From: Candidatus Heimdallarchaeota archaeon
GTDB lineage: Archaea; Asgardarchaeota; Heimdallarchaeia; Heimdallarchaeales; Heimdallarchaeaceae
DNA: 64,000 nt
Assembly: GCA_019057815.1 (NCBI GenBank)
Contig: JAHLWR010000003.1
Location: 128,001 to 192,000 of the forward strand
Direction of reading: 5' to 3'
This document shows positions 1 through 10,029 of the stretch, one piece after another. The translations under genes were made by a program, and so were the position numbers. Under the pieces are notes generated by a model that saw nothing but the letters and a program-made list of their open reading frames with translations, was not told the origin of the DNA and searched no databases. Position 1 is the first letter of the stretch; each line of letters opens with the position of its first letter.

Positions 1-332
1 TTTCCTAATCTTATTTTTGTACTTCTTCCCAAAGTACGCACAAGAAGCCTCCATAGTATTAGAAGTAAAGGTGGATTTAGTATTATAGCGTGAGTGACTC
101 TATCTAATATCCTTTCTCGGACTTTCGAATAATTCCCATCAATAATCCATTTCTTATCTGTAGTTATATCCTTAACTTGATTCTGAAAAATTTCTGCAGG
201 AGCCATTTTCCATTCAGCTTCCCAGAAAAGGTCATCTAGGTGATAAACAGGAATATCTAAGAGATCAGATAAAATTATTGCGAATGTTGATTTCCCAGAA
301 CAAGTACTTCCAAAAACTGCTATTCTATCCAT
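1..332 (-). CDS. FlaR/adenylate-kinase-like P-loop protein (runs off the window start)
   Basis: Manual translation MDRIAVFGSTCSGKST...HLDDLFW...WIIDGNY; not in the ORF track. Confidence 0.8.
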   Translation of the reverse strand, partial: MDRIAVFGSTCSGKSTFAIILSDLLDIPVYHLDDLFWEAEWKMAPAEIFQNQVKDITTDKKWIIDGNYSKVRERILDRVTHAIILNPPLLLILWRLLVRTLGRSTKIRLG

Positions 333-708
333 TCTCCTAGTCACTAGAGATACAATAATGAGTGGGTTAATAACTATTTTTTAAAGATAAAAAGGAATTA
401 GGAAGATGTTTAGAGTTTTATTAAGTTGATTTCTACTTTCTTCTTTGATACTCCTAGCTTATTACAACTACCAGCCACACCAGAAAAAATCCTAAACCAA
501 TGATTGAAGAAACTTCTTGAAGATATACTTTCAAGTATGTTGATTAGCTAATGAGACAAATAAAGTGTTGTTTTGCAAGTATTAAACAAAATAAAACAGT
601 TAAAAAACAGAGATTATTTTGAAGAACATCTTTTTAGTCCCACAAAATTTATTCCAATTTTATCTTGGATTAAAGAAAATTTTATCGCTTAATTATAAAC
701 AGTAATTA

Positions 709-906
709 TTATACTTGTTTTACATTAGTTGCTTGATTTCCTCTATCGGTTTCTTCAATATCGAATTCAACTTCGTTCCCTTCTTTAAGGTCATCAAATT
801 CACCTGTGAATCCGGAACGATGGAAGAAGAGATCTTTTTCTTCTCCTTCAACAGTGATAAAACCGTAATTTCTATCTGAATATATTCTTTTTACAGTTCC
901 TTTCAT
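709..906 (-). CDS. cspA: Cold-shock domain protein
   Basis: MKGTVK, RNP1 YGFI, RNP2 LFFH, GNQATNV; GGAG upstream. Confidence 0.95.
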   Translation of the reverse strand: MKGTVKRIYSDRNYGFITVEGEEKDLFFHRSGFTGEFDDLKEGNEVEFDIEETDRGNQATNVKQV

Positions 907-1280
907 GTTATTAACTCCTATTATTTATTTTTGTAACTAGTTTGAATCTTTGTGAGATTCAACCTCTAACTAAAAACTCGCTAATCAGATTTTATTTAAT
1001 ATTCTACTGAACAAAACAAAAATCTAACTAAATAATTTTTAATTGTCAAAGAAGGTTAGAATGATATCCTAATAAACTATGTGATTAAGACAAATTAACT
1101 AAAGTAATTCTACAGCCTTGTATTCCTTGTAAGAACACATAATGGATATTGTAACTCATTCTCTGAAGTTTCTCGTCTTTTTGAGTTTTTTCATATAACT
1201 TCTCTCTTGGGGGAAATTTTCTGATTACTATAGTTATTTTAACAGAGAAAGAATTTTAATTAACCAATCTTACAAGTAAG

Positions 1281-2528
1281 ATGTGCATGATTAAGATAAG
1301 AAAGAATGCGATGAAATTTTGTTTTTTATCATTTGTATTAACATTATCTATTTGTTTAAATTCAGACAATCTAAAAATATCGGATAGTGTTTCCATAAAT
1401 GTGTCTGCTTTCACAAATATTCCTAAAATTATTATTGCATCAAATGAAGACTTCCAGAACTATAATTTCTCTGGCGTAGGAAGCTATGATAATCCTTACA
1501 TTATAAATGGATATGAGATATTAGACAGTGGGATAGGCATCACTATTAGTAATACTACTGAAAATTTTGTCGTTTCTAACTGCAAAATCGAAAGTGTTTC
1601 TTCAGGTTATGGTATCTTCATCTACGATGTAAGTTCAAATTTCAGCATTGAAGGGTGCCTTATTAGTACTCAATATGAATGTATTAAAGTTTTCAACGTT
1701 ACAGCAGCTAATGTTAAAATAAACGCTAATACAGTCGGTAACAATGGAATTTCTGTGACATCAGGTATTCATGTGAAAAACTCCTCATTAATTACAATTT
1801 CTGGCAACTATTGTGAAAGAAATGCAAATGGAATCTTTGTTGAAATGTCTCATAACACTGTGATCGAAAACAACAGATGTCTAGATTCAACAATAAGAGT
1901 TGTCAGTTCAAATCTGACAACAATTGTCGATAACAGGTGTTTTAAGCTTTCAATTGCTTATTGCCACTTCTCATCGATTAACAATAACCTCTGTGATGGT
2001 AAAGAGACAATTAGTAATATTGTCTATATTGAACATAGTTCAAATCTCAACATTACAGATAATACTATCATCAACAGCTGGCAACTTGGATTTATGGGAT
2101 TTTATCTAGAAGACAGTCTAATAATATCAAATGTTTTTCAAGATAACCGTCAATATGGGCTTGCTCTGTTTTATGGTCCATATTATGAAGACATAGGTCA
2201 CAATATCATATATCTGAACTCGTTCTATCATAACAGTTATGAGGATGAAGTTTATGATTCGAACTCGCAAGCGTTCGATTATGGCAATAACACTTGGTAT
2301 AATGAAGAAACAAGTGAGGGGAATTATTGGTCAGACAGGGATAATGGAGAAACCTATTCCATAGATGGTATCAGTAACGCTTATGACCTCTTTCCATTAG
2401 ATAAACCTTCTAAACCCAAATATTCTGGATCTTTCCAATTAATGGTCTTTACTATAATAGGGCTTTTATCGATTGTTTTATGTAGAAAAAATAAAAAAGA
2501 ACAAAAGAAAAAAAGGTATAGTGTCTAG
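1281..2528 (+). CDS. Secreted/anchored right-handed beta-helix (NosD/CASH-like) protein
   Basis: Signal-like N-terminus, G-x-G-x3-NPYII motif, Asn-ladder repeats, GNYWSD, C-terminal TM plus basic tail. Confidence 0.8.
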   Translation: MCMIKIRKNAMKFCFLSFVLTLSICLNSDNLKISDSVSINVSAFTNIPKIIIASNEDFQNYNFSGVGSYDNPYIINGYEILDSGIGITISNTTENFVVSNCKIESVSSGYGIFIYDVSSNFSIEGCLISTQYECIKVFNVTAANVKINANTVGNNGISVTSGIHVKNSSLITISGNYCERNANGIFVEMSHNTVIENNRCLDSTIRVVSSNLTTIVDNRCFKLSIAYCHFSSINNNLCDGKETISNIVYIEHSSNLNITDNTIINSWQLGFMGFYLEDSLIISNVFQDNRQYGLALFYGPYYEDIGHNIIYLNSFYHNSYEDEVYDSNSQAFDYGNNTWYNEETSEGNYWSDRDNGETYSIDGISNAYDLFPLDKPSKPKYSGSFQLMVFTIIGLLSIVLCRKNKKEQKKKRYSV

Positions 2529-2551
2529 CTATAATTCACCCTTCTTTATTC

Positions 2552-3049
2552 TTATAATGCTGCCCATTTAGCGAAGAAGAACAAGAATATTATTCCACCT
2601 GCTAGAATGATCAAACCATTCGTCAATAGAAACATGAAAGATGCGGTACCATTCATTGTTTTTCTTCCTTTTTCATTCTTCCACCAAAAATGGACAAGCG
2701 CTGATCCTTCCCAACCTTTTGGAAACAAATCAAGAAAGAGATGTGATGCATGCCCTATTAGATACATGGCAAAGATGGGTAAAAGAAATCTCATTTCTGT
2801 TGTCATAAAATAAATAGGAATGGTTAACAAAGCAGGAAGAATAAAAGAATGTGTAAGAATATTCCTATGAGGTAATAGTTTTTTCCATAAAATATCATAA
2901 TCTGGTAATTGTGCACCAAATTGGCTTGAGAAGAAGGATAACATTATCCAGATAGAGTATTCAGTCAGTAATTCTCCGAACCAATAATAAAATCCAATTA
3001 TTAAAACCCAAAATAACGCTCCACCAATTATATGTCCTTTTCTATTCAT
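2552..3049 (-). CDS. YdjM-like membrane metal-dependent hydrolase
   Basis: H...LPDYD, HRNILTHS, SHLFLD motifs; start moved to MNRKGH after GGTGA RBS. Confidence 0.8.
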   Translation of the reverse strand: MNRKGHIIGGALFWVLIIGFYYWFGELLTEYSIWIMLSFFSSQFGAQLPDYDILWKKLLPHRNILTHSFILPALLTIPIYFMTTEMRFLLPIFAMYLIGHASHLFLDLFPKGWEGSALVHFWWKNEKGRKTMNGTASFMFLLTNGLIILAGGIIFLFFFAKWAAL

Positions 3050-3298
3050 AATATCACCTATGATATTGCATACTATTACAAGTTTATTTTTAAAGACTAC
3101 TATGCAAAATCGTGAAATATTCTCGATTAGGTAATAAAAACTCAAGAATGCATGAAACTTTAAATTTTCATATCTCCCTATATTTTTCCTTTTAGTAAAA
3201 CCTTAAAAATCTGTTTTAAATCTTTAAACATAAATATTTAATACCTATTGCGCAAATATAACTATCTAGAGGTTTTTACCTATCTTTGGTGGACAAAT

Positions 3299-4699
3299 AT
3301 GACAGAATTTCAACTTTCATTAATTACTGCATCTGGGCTCTTATTGGCCTCAAAACCTGAGTCTATTGACGAAACAAAGCAAATACTTGCTACTGGATTG
3401 ATGACTGCCTTACTTTCTTTTTCAGAAGAAGTTCATCATAGAGAATTACAATCTGTCTCATTCCATGACAGATTAGTATCATTCATAAGAATTAATGGTT
3501 TCATTCTAATTGTTGAAGCTGTTTCAGATGAAAGTGAACTTTCGATTATTGTCATAAATCAGATTCTCGAAAAAATTAAGCAGTCTATGAAAAATCTTCT
3601 GGAAGGAGCAGATTCAGAGTTATTATCAGAAGGAGAAGCTGCACTAATACTTGAACAATGTACGTTTGATATCCGGAATTTAAAACTCAAACTCACAGAT
3701 AAACCATTCAACAAAGCCGAAATCTCCACTTTTACAATTATTCACTCTGATAAAAAATGGGAAATAGAAAAAATAAAGGGTGAAGGACCCCAAATTTCAG
3801 ATGTGGCACAAATTTTAGATGCTCACAAAGTAAGTCAAACATCTCAAGGTTCATTGTTTCCGTTTATAGCACTTTTTCCTGAACAAAAATATGTAACTTG
3901 TAATATAGCTTATCCAGTTGGCAACAAAACAGGTGTAGGTGTTTTGAAGTTTCCCAACTTGCTTGACCATACATTGTTTAGACTTTTTCCAGTTTTAGAG
4001 AAACGATTGGCTGAAATGTCAACTCAAAAGATTGAATTCAATATTGATGATATTCTAGAAGAAATAAAAGAGATTGAGGATACAGGTAATCGATTATCTT
4101 TACTAAAAAAGGATAGTTTATCACCATCATTATTGTCAATTGTTGGGGGTAGAAATATAGGTAAAGCAATATATTCAGCAGTTATAGGCGAACCTATTTC
4201 TATTATTGGAGATAAACCTTCTGTGAAAATTATTATTGACACTCTATCGATATTCTGCCAACATCAAAAAATAAACGTAGACGAATGGGTTGTCGAAGAG
4301 TTGAGGAAAAAAGACAAATATAAATTAGAGGCTAGATTACATGGTATGTCTCAAAAAACCTATGATTCGCTATTAGAGCAAAAAATAGTAAAAAAGAAGA
4401 TGACATCAATGAATTTAGAATCAGCCAAAGTAACTGGAGCAAAAACAAGTCACTATTTCAAGAAAATTTTTGATGATAACAAACAAGAGAGCATTTCAAA
4501 GCTGTCAAGTGTAATAGGTAAAGAACTTGAAAATCTTGTTTCAATGTCCCTTATAATAACTTCTTTCTCTCTTGAAAGTATAAGCGACGGAAAGGAAAAA
4601 CTAAAAGAACTCGAACTAAACACGAAAAGTCCATTTCTTTTTCAGAAAGCATTGCTTTTAGCTGTCTCTAGAAACAAACTACTTAAGAATCTTCTTTAA
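3299..4699 (+). CDS. Longin plus DENN-like (folliculin/SMCR8-type) protein
   Basis: N-terminal longin pattern (SGLLL...LATGLMTALLSFSEE); core-DENN-like IGKAIYSAVIGEPISIIG...IIDTLSIF. Confidence 0.55.
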   Translation: MTEFQLSLITASGLLLASKPESIDETKQILATGLMTALLSFSEEVHHRELQSVSFHDRLVSFIRINGFILIVEAVSDESELSIIVINQILEKIKQSMKNLLEGADSELLSEGEAALILEQCTFDIRNLKLKLTDKPFNKAEISTFTIIHSDKKWEIEKIKGEGPQISDVAQILDAHKVSQTSQGSLFPFIALFPEQKYVTCNIAYPVGNKTGVGVLKFPNLLDHTLFRLFPVLEKRLAEMSTQKIEFNIDDILEEIKEIEDTGNRLSLLKKDSLSPSLLSIVGGRNIGKAIYSAVIGEPISIIGDKPSVKIIIDTLSIFCQHQKINVDEWVVEELRKKDKYKLEARLHGMSQKTYDSLLEQKIVKKKMTSMNLESAKVTGAKTSHYFKKIFDDNKQESISKLSSVIGKELENLVSMSLIITSFSLESISDGKEKLKELELNTKSPFLFQKALLLAVSRNKLLKNLL

Positions 4700-4786
4700 T
4701 CATTGTTTAATAGTTGTAATTAATTGGATGTTTGTTTTAAGGTCTACTTTCAAAAAGGGAGACTCTTTTAAAAGATACCTTATTAT

Positions 4787-5023
4787 TAGATATCTCTTAT
4801 AACACCATTTCGTACTTATGCATTTCTAGGGATTATCTGAGTTACAATAGCTACTATATCGACCTTCCTTCAATTCTTATATATTCTTCTATTTTACTTC
4901 TGCTTAAACTGTATTAACTTCGCATGTCCTCTTAATCGTGTTTCAAAAGAAGTAAGAGTGAAATATATGGAAAAAAATCCTAAAATAAAGGAAGCTTGGG
5001 AAAAAGCTAACTTAAAAGGATAG
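4787..5023 (+). pseudogene. Decayed 3' end of a membrane-protein gene
   Basis: Frame *ISLITP...GII*VTIA...FCLNCINFACPLNRV...NPKIKEAWEK* with in-frame TAG 4787 and TGA 4838. Confidence 0.45.
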
Positions 5024-5194
5024 AATCAGCTGAGATTTTATCTAGTCTGTAAGTTGACTTTAGTTATGATAAGCATTTTTAAAAGCTATTTTATAGTAAT
5101 TTAATCTAATTTATGCATTGCAAATAAATTAAACAATAAACATTTAAAGTAAAAGTGATATACTCACTATGGACTAAGTAATGGAGATTTCTGT

Positions 5195-8100
5195 ATGGGT
5201 CAAACATTCTTATGTAAAGTTAATGCAAATGTGATTATGGTATTGTTTTTATTTACATTATTAACGCCCTTCATGTTTCATGACTATTCAACTAATCATT
5301 TCAACCAAATACAGACAAATGATTCCAGATACAATGATATTTGGGATGATTCTTTTTACAATAAGTTAAAATTAGATTATACTCCAATAAATAGTCTAGA
5401 AAGAACCGGTAGTATATTTTCAATTGAAGACGATATATCAGTACATCAAGTTGATTCCTTAAGTCTAGGAAATGGCAGAACAGATCAATTCACAATCTCC
5501 GGATTAACAGGATATTATGTAGATAGTTTATCGTATGATATGACTATAACTGGTAAGAAGGATATATATGAACAAAGAGATGTTTCAAACAAGGATGAAG
5601 TTCTCACATCATCAAATATCAGAGTTGCTCAAGCTTTTGATGTTCCTTGGGATAACGCCGTATTTTATGGAGCAGAAGTTAATTTGATTATTGACACTCC
5701 TATTGGTGGAGATGAACTTGAACTATTCATTGTAAAAGCAAGAGCTTCAGATGAAAAACCAAATATGGATGACATCAGAACAAATGCTACAAATGACCCT
5801 TATACCTTTTTAAACCCTATCAATGTAAGCGTTGATAATAATTTAGTTTATTACGATTTTCATGATGTGGTGTTAGAACAAGGTAAATATTTTGTAGTGG
5901 CGAATCTTTCAAAGATTGATGGAAATGATGGAACAGGTTTCAATTGGAGAGGACAACAAATGTCATTATTTGGAGATAGCTATAATCATGATGGAACAGA
6001 CTGGGGGGATACATTATATAAAGATTTATGCTTAAATATTCAACTTATGCCTTCTTTTGCAAATGGCACAGCATTTGTTTTTTCTGATCCAACAACAATA
6101 AGTCTAGAAGATGGTGGACAACCCATTACTTCCCTTACACAAACAATATCTTCTACCGGAACTCACACTTTATCTGCTGATACTTATGTTGATGTTGATT
6201 TGAATAATAGTTATATTTTCACAAGAACATATAGTGGTTCTTCTAGTTTTCAAGTGACCAATTCTACTTTCAATGAAGAAAGTGTAGATTGGTATATCTC
6301 TTGGAGTATTGATGCAGTAGATTTTTCATCCTATTCAAATCCAACAAGGTCACATACTCTACTCACTCCAAATGACTGGAATGAAACGGCACTCTCCTTC
6401 CTACTAGATACTATAACTCCTCTGCCAGGACAAAAACTCACTAATGGTTTTACTGTAGATTTGGTAAGTCTCCTTTCAGGAAACACTTATACAAGTGGAG
6501 ACATTTCATTTTCAACAACAAGTACAAATTATCTTTACGATTATACTCTAACAGATGGTTTTTTTGAAACTACAATTTTTAACCTTGGTTATTGGACGTA
6601 TAATACTACTCATGCTATAGGATATGAAGGCTCAACTGTTTCAGTTGATATCCTGATTAAAGATTGTACGTTAGCAGATATCACAACAGGTGAACTAAAT
6701 TTCACAATTTATAATTCAACCGGAGAGGTAATTCCATTTAAAACTTCAATTTACGCTAATCTCTCATATACAGACACTTCCAATTACACTATACTCTCAA
6801 CTACGCAAACAAGTGCTGGATTATATGAAGTGAATACTACATTTGATCCTTCAGTATACGGAACAGATGTTGAAGGTTACTGGACTGCAGTTTACTACTG
6901 GAATAATGGTACAGAAGTAGGTTTCTTCTCCAAAAGGATTACTGTTATTAAAGATACAGAAGCTATATTTGAATGGGAAGAACTTCCTGCAAATGGTGAG
7001 TGGTTCAATAATTCATTACAGGACATAAGAAGAATAAATGGTCATGATATTAGTATTAGAGTAGTTTATTATCATTTAAGTGACCCATTTTTCACAGGAT
7101 ATGGTACTCTTATCTCTGGCGGTGAAGTGTTTTTTTCCACAAGTTGGGGTGATAGTGGAAATCTTGTTTTTGATTCACCTTATTATGAATATAGTATTCC
7201 TACAGATTTTCCCCCATCTGATCATTTTATTTACATTGAAGCGATGGGGCAATTTTTAGAAAATCACACAATTAATTTTGTAGTTAAAATACTGCACCAG
7301 TTCACAATAGAGAATTTACAAACTGTTTATTATACAAATTACACAAATGAAGCGATAATTGAATTTAGGGTACTGGATGTTTCAAACTCAAGTGTTCCGG
7401 TTCTTCCTGATAGTATGATTTTCTCTCATAATGGTACTTCAATAGATTCAGCTGATTATTCGACTAGAATTCTGGGTGATGATACAATAGAAATTACATT
7501 TGAGACTGTTTCAATTCTTTCAAGTATAGATTCTCATGATATCGGTATAACAATCTCTAAAGCAGGTTTTATAGCAAGCTATACTGAGAATGATGCTGAA
7601 TCAAGTGTATCGCTTTCGGTTCTGCCAATAGTAACAGAAATTGAGATAGTTAATAGTGTTAGTTCTATAAATTATAACAATCAAACAACAGTATCTTTCA
7701 GACTTATAGACACGAATCATTCAACACACTTAACAGGGGCAAATTTCGAAATCCATGCTGATATTGAAGGTGTTGAAATAACTAGTCATTCGGAAGATGA
7801 AGGGCTCTATTTCTTCGTTGTAACAGTTCATGAACCTTCTCTAAGTTCTGTTAACATTTTCCTTAATATTACTAAGGAGGGGTATGTAGCAAAACAGAAT
7901 TATTTATTGACTTCTATAGGTATTACACCGGGAAGCACACAAACTAGCACTTTACCCCCTGATGAAGGTGCTCCCCTATATATGTACTTACTTATTGCAT
8001 TCTTTGCAGCTATTATAATTGGTGGTTCTGCCTTCTATATTTTTCAACGTAGAAGAAGCACAGCTATTAGAGAGAAAAAGGAGATCTATAAACACATTAG

Positions 8101-8761
8101 CAGCATTTATCAAAGCGTTTTATCTCTCAAAAAATTAATTGTTGTTCATACTGAAACAAGTCTACCTATTTTTGAAATGGATTTCAGTTCAGAAATAGAA
8201 GTAGACCCTTCTCTTATCAGCGGTTTTCTCCAAGCTGTTTCTACTATAGGCGGTGAAATGGTAGGTAAAGAAAGTGGAGGAGTTAAAAGAATAGATTATC
8301 AGGATTTAACAGTCACTAGTACTCTGGGTGGTAGATTCGTTATTCACACTTTTTCAGATGGCGAACTGTATGAGCATATTGAGAATAGGTTATCGAAAAT
8401 TGTTCAATGGTTTTCATTAATGTTTGGGAGTTCAGTTGAAGATTGGGATGGTTCAACAGAGATTTTCAGATTGAATAAAGAAGGAATAGCAGAAAAAATA
8501 ATGGGTGAAATCTTTCTGTGGCTCTTTTATCCACTAGATATTACAACTAAAGGAGTAGAGAACCTTGAAAATATGAAAGACCTTGAAAAAAGAATTTTCA
8601 CATTTATGCAAGAAAATGGTTCTTCAACAATGAGTCGAATTATTGACATCTTGGATGATCTTGAGTTAGAGGAAACCTTGATAGTATTATTTGACTTAGT
8701 CGATAAAGGTTACATAAAACCTAATTATTCTGCTTACGATATTGTAACAATAAGACTCTAA
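5195..8761 (+). CDS. Large type-I membrane protein: Ig-like/beta-rich ectodomain, TM, cytoplasmic longin plus winged helix
   Basis: Signal peptide, many N-x-S/T sequons, TM near aa 930-955, then LIVVHTETSLPIF..DPSLISGFLQAV longin pattern and C-terminal wH (LFDLVDKGYI). Confidence 0.75.
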   Translation: MGQTFLCKVNANVIMVLFLFTLLTPFMFHDYSTNHFNQIQTNDSRYNDIWDDSFYNKLKLDYTPINSLERTGSIFSIEDDISVHQVDSLSLGNGRTDQFTISGLTGYYVDSLSYDMTITGKKDIYEQRDVSNKDEVLTSSNIRVAQAFDVPWDNAVFYGAEVNLIIDTPIGGDELELFIVKARASDEKPNMDDIRTNATNDPYTFLNPINVSVDNNLVYYDFHDVVLEQGKYFVVANLSKIDGNDGTGFNWRGQQMSLFGDSYNHDGTDWGDTLYKDLCLNIQLMPSFANGTAFVFSDPTTISLEDGGQPITSLTQTISSTGTHTLSADTYVDVDLNNSYIFTRTYSGSSSFQVTNSTFNEESVDWYISWSIDAVDFSSYSNPTRSHTLLTPNDWNETALSFLLDTITPLPGQKLTNGFTVDLVSLLSGNTYTSGDISFSTTSTNYLYDYTLTDGFFETTIFNLGYWTYNTTHAIGYEGSTVSVDILIKDCTLADITTGELNFTIYNSTGEVIPFKTSIYANLSYTDTSNYTILSTTQTSAGLYEVNTTFDPSVYGTDVEGYWTAVYYWNNGTEVGFFSKRITVIKDTEAIFEWEELPANGEWFNNSLQDIRRINGHDISIRVVYYHLSDPFFTGYGTLISGGEVFFSTSWGDSGNLVFDSPYYEYSIPTDFPPSDHFIYIEAMGQFLENHTINFVVKILHQFTIENLQTVYYTNYTNEAIIEFRVLDVSNSSVPVLPDSMIFSHNGTSIDSADYSTRILGDDTIEITFETVSILSSIDSHDIGITISKAGFIASYTENDAESSVSLSVLPIVTEIEIVNSVSSINYNNQTTVSFRLIDTNHSTHLTGANFEIHADIEGVEITSHSEDEGLYFFVVTVHEPSLSSVNIFLNITKEGYVAKQNYLLTSIGITPGSTQTSTLPPDEGAPLYMYLLIAFFAAIIIGGSAFYIFQRRRSTAIREKKEIYKHISSIYQSVLSLKKLIVVHTETSLPIFEMDFSSEIEVDPSLISGFLQAVSTIGGEMVGKESGGVKRIDYQDLTVTSTLGGRFVIHTFSDGELYEHIENRLSKIVQWFSLMFGSSVEDWDGSTEIFRLNKEGIAEKIMGEIFLWLFYPLDITTKGVENLENMKDLEKRIFTFMQENGSSTMSRIIDILDDLELEETLIVLFDLVDKGYIKPNYSAYDIVTIRL

Positions 8762-8889
8762 AATAAATAGATAGAGCGAGATTAGAATGAGGTGAAATAA
8801 TACAAAAATTATTATTCGTAATCTGGACAACAAACAAAGGGATTTTTACACATATTATGATGAATCTTTAGCATTTCAAAATAAAAAAT

Positions 8890-9420
8890 TCATTCAGAAG
8901 TCTTCCTTTCCTTCTGTTTAACTAGAAAATTCGCCAATTTCTTAATGTCTTCTTTAGTGAAGTTTATTTTCCCTGTTGAATCAACTGTTACTGTACTTGG
9001 TTCTAGTTGAACCTTTTCTTCAATGGGTTGAATTTCTATTGTGGAAATGGTTTTTATTTCAAGAGTAGGAACTGTTCCAACAGCTCGAATTTCTGGAGGT
9101 GGTGGTGCAACTATTGGTGGTTCTTTACTGTCTGTTACAGAAGTTAGTTGTGTTTCCTCTTCTTCAGGTATTTTTGCTTCCCTGCTAGTTTTTTCAATTT
9201 CAAGAATCGGCAATGGAGCTTTTGGTGGCAAATCTATCTTCTGTTCTTCTTTCTTATCTGTTGATATTTCTGTTTGTATAACTTGTTCTTCAAGTAATGG
9301 TTCTGTAACTTCATCTAATTTAATTGGTTGAACTGCTTCTTCTTCTTCTTCTTTTGGTACCACAAGTTTTTTGTCTTCTTTTTTAGGTTTAGGTGGTTTT
9401 GGGGGTATATCTTCTGACAT
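8890..9420 (-). CDS. Low-complexity Pro/Glu/Lys-rich hypothetical protein
   Basis: ORF with GGTG RBS; disordered composition and a short C-terminal helix. Confidence 0.6.
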   Translation of the reverse strand: MSEDIPPKPPKPKKEDKKLVVPKEEEEEAVQPIKLDEVTEPLLEEQVIQTEISTDKKEEQKIDLPPKAPLPILEIEKTSREAKIPEEEETQLTSVTDSKEPPIVAPPPPEIRAVGTVPTLEIKTISTIEIQPIEEKVQLEPSTVTVDSTGKINFTKEDIKKLANFLVKQKERKTSE

Positions 9421-9673
9421 GTTAAAAACACCATGGAATCATTAAAGTAAGGTTTCACGTTAACAGAAATTTTGTTTTTAAATAATATTTTGTTATTGAC
9501 AATACTTTCTCTAAAAAAATAAAATAAAAAATAAGACGTTTTAAGCGTTTATGTTTTTATCTTCTACTTCTTCTAAAACAGCTAAAATAATAACAGTTGT
9601 CAATCTGCTAAGGAAATTAAAGAAACAAGACGAGGACAATATACTTAATACTTAGCTTTCTTTTGATAATTTC

Positions 9674-9955
9674 TTATTTTCTTTTACTGTTTAAATCTCG
9701 AGATAATTTGAAAACCACAGGATTTTTGTAATCAGGGCAACAAACTGTGCATGTGTCAGTGTTCTCTTCCCAAGGGAAATCTCCACCACTCTGTAAACCA
9801 AGAATGTATGGATAAAGGACAGTGAAAGCAGCAGGACATATTTTTCCCCTCTCTTCTGGAAAATTAAATTTATCACCAATTTCGTGTTTGCTGGGGCATT
9901 TCCCAGCTTCTAATATATTTACAACTTCTATAACTATTTTTTCGTACCAAGACAT
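9674..9955 (-). CDS. TIGR04076-family small Cys protein
   Basis: GKCP..H..GD.F, ICPAAF, CCPD..NPVVF. Confidence 0.8.
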   Translation of the reverse strand: MSWYEKIVIEVVNILEAGKCPSKHEIGDKFNFPEERGKICPAAFTVLYPYILGLQSGGDFPWEENTDTCTVCCPDYKNPVVFKLSRDLNSKRK

Positions 9956-10029
9956 TTAAATCACTTTTTCTCTTTTTCTTTTATTTATGTTTTCACTCAA
10001 TAAAAAATGTTATTGAGATTCTAGCAAGT

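Noticed and set aside
4838-4840. In-frame TGA as selenocysteine or recoding
   Set aside because: A second stop (TAG) lies upstream and there is no start or SECIS; decay is simpler
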